Below are positions 61,204-64,000 of a DNA stretch of 64,000 bases, piece after piece (within the stretch, counting starts at the first letter, position 1; each line of letters begins with the position of its first letter). The DNA comes from an uncultured Pseudomonadota bacterium (GTDB taxonomy: Bacteria; Pseudomonadota; Alphaproteobacteria; JACZXZ01): contig CAVVLJ010000020.1 in assembly GCA_963749075.1 (NCBI GenBank), positions 512,001-576,000 of the forward strand, read 5' to 3'. The notes beneath the pieces were generated by a model. The model made no database searches. It saw only the letters and a program-made list of their open reading frames with translations, and was not told the DNA's origin. The position numbers and the translations under genes were made by a program.

Positions 61204-62172
61204 ATGAGCGAGAGCAAGCCGGGCAGCGACAAGCGCGCCTTCCGCAACGCCCTCGGCCGCTTCCCGACCGGGGTCACGGTGGTGACCACGCTCGGCCCCG
61301 GCGGCCGGCGCATCGGGCTCACCGCCAACTCCTTCAACTCGGTCTCCCTCGACCCACCGCTCGTGCTGTGGAGCCTCGCCAAAGCGGCGAGGAGCCTGCC
61401 CTATTTCGTAGGCGCGCCGCATTACGTCATCAACGTGCTCGCCGCCGACCAGATCGCCCTCTCGCGCCAGTTCGCGAGCGCCCGCGACGACCGCTTCCTC
61501 GACGTGGCCTGCCGCGAGGGCCTGGGCGGGGTGCCGATGATCGAGGGCTGCACCGCCTGGTTCGAGTGCCACAACGTCCATCAGTACGAGGGCGGCGACC
61601 ACGTCATCATGGTGGGCCGGGTCGAGCGCTTCGCCGACGCCGACCGCACGGCGCTCGCCTTCCATCTCGGCGGCTACAAGGTCACCTCGCACCATCCCGA
61701 GAGCGAGGCGCCGGCGGGGCGGCGCGGCCGCTTCATCGACGACTACCTCCTCTATCTCCTCGCCCGCGCCTCGAGCCAGGCGAGCGCCGAGTTCCATGCC
61801 AGGCTCAAGGGGGCCGCGGTGCCGATCCCCCATTGGCGCGTGCTCGCGGCCCTCTCCGACGGCGAGGCGCTCACCGTCTCGGCGCTTGCCCGCATCGTGC
61901 TCTTCAAGCAGCCGACGCTCACCAAGATCCTCGACCGCATGGCGCGGCTCGGCCTGATCGGGCGCCGCCCCGGCACCGCCGACCGGCGCGTGGTGCTGGT
62001 GCGCATCACTGAAGCCGGACGGCGCGTGGCACGGCACCTCGCGCGGCGCGCCAAGGCGCACGAGCGCGAGGTGCTGGCCGGCTACGATCCGGTCGAGGAG
62101 GCGCAGCTCAAGGCGGCGCTGCGCACCCTCCTCCAGCACCTCGCCGACGGCGGGCGCGGGCGGGCGCCGTGA
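61204..62172 (+). CDS. Flavin reductase domain fused to C-terminal MarR regulator
   Basis: FRNALGRFPTGVTVVT, TANSFNSVSLDPPLV, GGDH; then DDYLLYLLARAS, WRVLAAL, QPTLTKILDRM, DRRVVLVRIT. Confidence 0.9.
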   Translation: MSESKPGSDKRAFRNALGRFPTGVTVVTTLGPGGRRIGLTANSFNSVSLDPPLVLWSLAKAARSLPYFVGAPHYVINVLAADQIALSRQFASARDDRFLDVACREGLGGVPMIEGCTAWFECHNVHQYEGGDHVIMVGRVERFADADRTALAFHLGGYKVTSHHPESEAPAGRRGRFIDDYLLYLLARASSQASAEFHARLKGAAVPIPHWRVLAALSDGEALTVSALARIVLFKQPTLTKILDRMARLGLIGRRPGTADRRVVLVRITEAGRRVARHLARRAKAHEREVLAGYDPVEEAQLKAALRTLLQHLADGGRGRAP

Positions 62173-62232
62173 GCGTGCTCGCACCTACTAGGGAAGCAGC
62201 CGAAGCTGCGGGCTCGACTAAACAATCCAATC

Positions 62233-62589
62233 ATGATAGGATGTAATCTGGATAAGATCGATCATGAATTGGAGTTCTTGCTCAGCCTTGATGAATACGA
62301 GTTTAGATTCGCAAGCGGCTATCGGGTGAAATTCGCAGCTCGGGAGATTAAGGCGACCGAGGGCCGGCCGCACGGGATTAAATACAGTCTCACGCTGCAC
62401 AATCCCAAAGGGCGGCGCATTTACGGGATCGATAATGCCCACAAAGCGGGCCGCCGACGAGAGTTCGATCACCGGCACGTCTACGGCGCGCACGAGGTCG
62501 TCGGCTATGCGTACCGCGGGCCAGCGCCATTGCTGGAGGATTTTTACCGCGAGGTCGAGAGGATTATGAAGGAGCGAGGTGTGTCATGA
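62233..62589 (+). CDS. DUF6516-like putative toxin
   Basis: RPHGIKYSLTLH...RIYGIDNAH...FDHRH...LLEDFYREV; AT-richer start region. Confidence 0.7.
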   Translation: MIGCNLDKIDHELEFLLSLDEYEFRFASGYRVKFAAREIKATEGRPHGIKYSLTLHNPKGRRIYGIDNAHKAGRRREFDHRHVYGAHEVVGYAYRGPAPLLEDFYREVERIMKERGVS

Positions 62590-62987
62590 GGGGCAAAGTC
62601 GGAAGCTTCAAAGAGTTCCAGGCCTACACGCTTGCGCTCGCGCGCGGTGCGCGGCCGGTCGATCCGAGTGCGCCCAAAATTTGGTGCGAGCGCGCCGATG
62701 GGACGAAAGGCACGAAGAGCCGGGTGCAGTTCCGCTCGCTCGAGGCCGGAGCCAAGCTGCTATCGGCCAAGAACCGCATGCTGTTGCGCGCGATCGCCGA
62801 GCGGAAACCGCAGTCCGTAACGGAGCTGGCCGCGATGACCGGCCGGGCCGAGCAGAACGTGTTACGGACGCTCAAGAAGTTCGTTGCCGCTGGAATCGTG
62901 CGGCTCGACAAAGGGGAAGGCCGCGCCCTACGCCCTATCCTGGCGGCGCGAAAGGTGCACTTCGAAATCGACCTGGTCGCGGGTTAG
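62586..62987 (+). CDS. HTH transcriptional regulator / putative antitoxin
   Basis: FRSLE...LLSAKNRMLL..IAERKPQSVTELAAMTGRAEQNV.RTLK; ATGA overlap with the upstream gene. Confidence 0.75.
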   Translation: MRGKVGSFKEFQAYTLALARGARPVDPSAPKIWCERADGTKGTKSRVQFRSLEAGAKLLSAKNRMLLRAIAERKPQSVTELAAMTGRAEQNVLRTLKKFVAAGIVRLDKGEGRALRPILAARKVHFEIDLVAG

Positions 62988-63014
62988 CGTCCTCCGCACC
63001 CTCGACAGCAGGTG

Positions 63015-63136
63015 CGGCCTCGCGTGGCGCACGAACGCGCGGTGCTCGCCGGCCACGACTCGGTCAGGCAGCCGACCTCAAGGCCGCCCTGCGCAACCTC
63101 ATCGCGCACCTCGCAAACGGCGGGCGCGGACGCTGA
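63015..63136 (+). pseudogene. Degenerate duplicate of the 3' end of the flavin reductase-MarR gene
   Basis: AHERAVLAGHDSV/ADLKAALRNLIAHLANGGRGR* (with a frameshift) versus AHEREVLAGYDPVEEAQLKAALRTLLQHLADGGRGRAP* at about 62040-62172. Confidence 0.8.
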
Positions 63137-63182
63137 GAGCGAGGCGAGGGCAGGCCAAAATGCAGGCTATGATATGGTGCAA

Positions 63183-63464
63183 ATGATGACCGTGCCGATG
63201 CCCGATCTCGGCATTCTCGCGCTGCCGCAGCGGCGGCTCTGGGCTGAACTCGCAACACCGGATCATTTTACGCTTTATCGCGGGACTGCGTTGGCACTCC
63301 GTCTCGGACACCGCAGCTCGGTCGATTATTACGACGACGTGCCGGCAAGTCCGATCGGCGTGCGGGACCGGCTCAGCGCCGCCGTCGGGTCGGTCGATCC
63401 GATTGCGCCGCCAAAGCCGACGCCGCACGTGAAGCGGCCGCCCGAAGATGGAGGCGCGTCATGA
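63183..63464 (+). pseudogene. Internally deleted AbiEii-like nucleotidyltransferase toxin
   Basis: QRRLWAEL..P.HFTLYRGTALALRLGHRSSVD (AbiEii N-terminal GGTAL...HR.S.D motif, mutated) jumps directly to a C-terminal-like segment; only about 93 codons. Confidence 0.65.
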
Positions 63465-63750
63465 GGCCGTTGCCTCTCTCGCCCGCTCTCCTTGCCGTGG
63501 CGCGCCGCGTCGTCTGGTTCGAGGAGCCGGCGGTTGCTCTCGCCGATCCCGTGCGTTTTCTCGCCCACGTCATGACCTATGGCACCCTCGAGGACCTCGT
63601 TGCCCTGCGCGGAATGGTCGGCAAGGAGGAATTTCGGGAGGTCCTGGATCCGGCGCCGCCCGGCGTTTTCGACCGGCGCTCCTGGGCTTACTAGAATTTG
63701 GTTTGCGGCCGGCGGCCGGCGCCGCCGATGCCGAAGCGCGCCGGGCTGGA
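63461..63750 (+). pseudogene. Small partner gene of the AbiEii-like toxin with premature TAG at 63692-63694
   Basis: VARRVVWFEEP..AL.DPVRFLAHVMTYG...APPGVFDRRSWAY*NL...PAPPMPKR; the protein-like pattern continues past the stop, consistent with TGG to TAG. Confidence 0.6.
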
Positions 63751-63779
63751 GCCGGAGGGCGGCCCACCGCGACGAGGCG

Positions 63780-64000
63780 CTAGTCCTCGGTGAAGAAGCG
63801 CTGGCCAAGGGCGAAGCGGTTGGGCTTCATGAACATGGAGAGGAGGATCGCACCCTCCGGCGCGCGGGCGATGTGGCGGCTGCCGCCCGGACGCCAGACG
63901 AAATTGCCCGGCGTGCATTCGCCCTCGTGGTCGACCAGGCGGCCCTCGATCATGTAGGTCTGCTCGATCGCCGTGTGCTCGTGGAGCGGCACCTCGGCAC
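63780..64000 (-). CDS. ChrR-like cupin domain protein (5' end outside window)
   Basis: PLHEHTAIEQTYMIEG, GNFVWRPGGSRH.A cupin motifs. Confidence 0.8.
   Translation of the reverse strand, partial: AEVPLHEHTAIEQTYMIEGRLVDHEGECTPGNFVWRPGGSRHIARAPEGAILLSMFMKPNRFALGQRFFTED

Noticed and set aside
63692-63694. Programmed amber readthrough or recoding
   Set aside because: The neighbouring toxin gene is also degraded and TAG is used as a normal stop elsewhere in the window; a nonsense mutation is simpler.

Overview
High-GC bacterial chromosomal segment, most consistent with an alphaproteobacterium (Rhodospirillales-like; inferred from gene content and palindromic repeat types). About 55 protein-coding genes, mostly metabolic and transport: the end of a type VI secretion locus (tssG), a TusA/DsrE/SelD-N-terminal-like sulfur-relay trio, heptose genes, two ABC transporter operons plus an orphan binding protein, an atypical leuB-lyase-leuCD operon and a NicX-like catabolic operon. 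No rRNA, tRNA, CRISPR array, integrase or transposase was recognised. The most notable items are: (1) a Xanthomonas-type DSF quorum-sensing locus (rpfC and rpfF convergent) in which the rpfG position is held by an RpfG-like receiver fused to PAS-PAS-degenerate GGDEF-EAL instead of HD-GYP; (2) a DUF559 nuclease gene bracketed by copies of a palindromic repeat that is also dispersed as gene-free doublets, resembling a REP/RAYT-like arrangement with a different enzyme; (3) two independent cases in which foreign-looking cargo (a low-GC orphan gene; a toxin-antitoxin-like pair) sits between a resident gene and a diverged duplicate of part of that gene, with no integrase nearby; (4) CTAG-ended miniature elements that supply stop codons or new C-termini to host genes. 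All product calls come from recognising motifs by eye; no database search was run.
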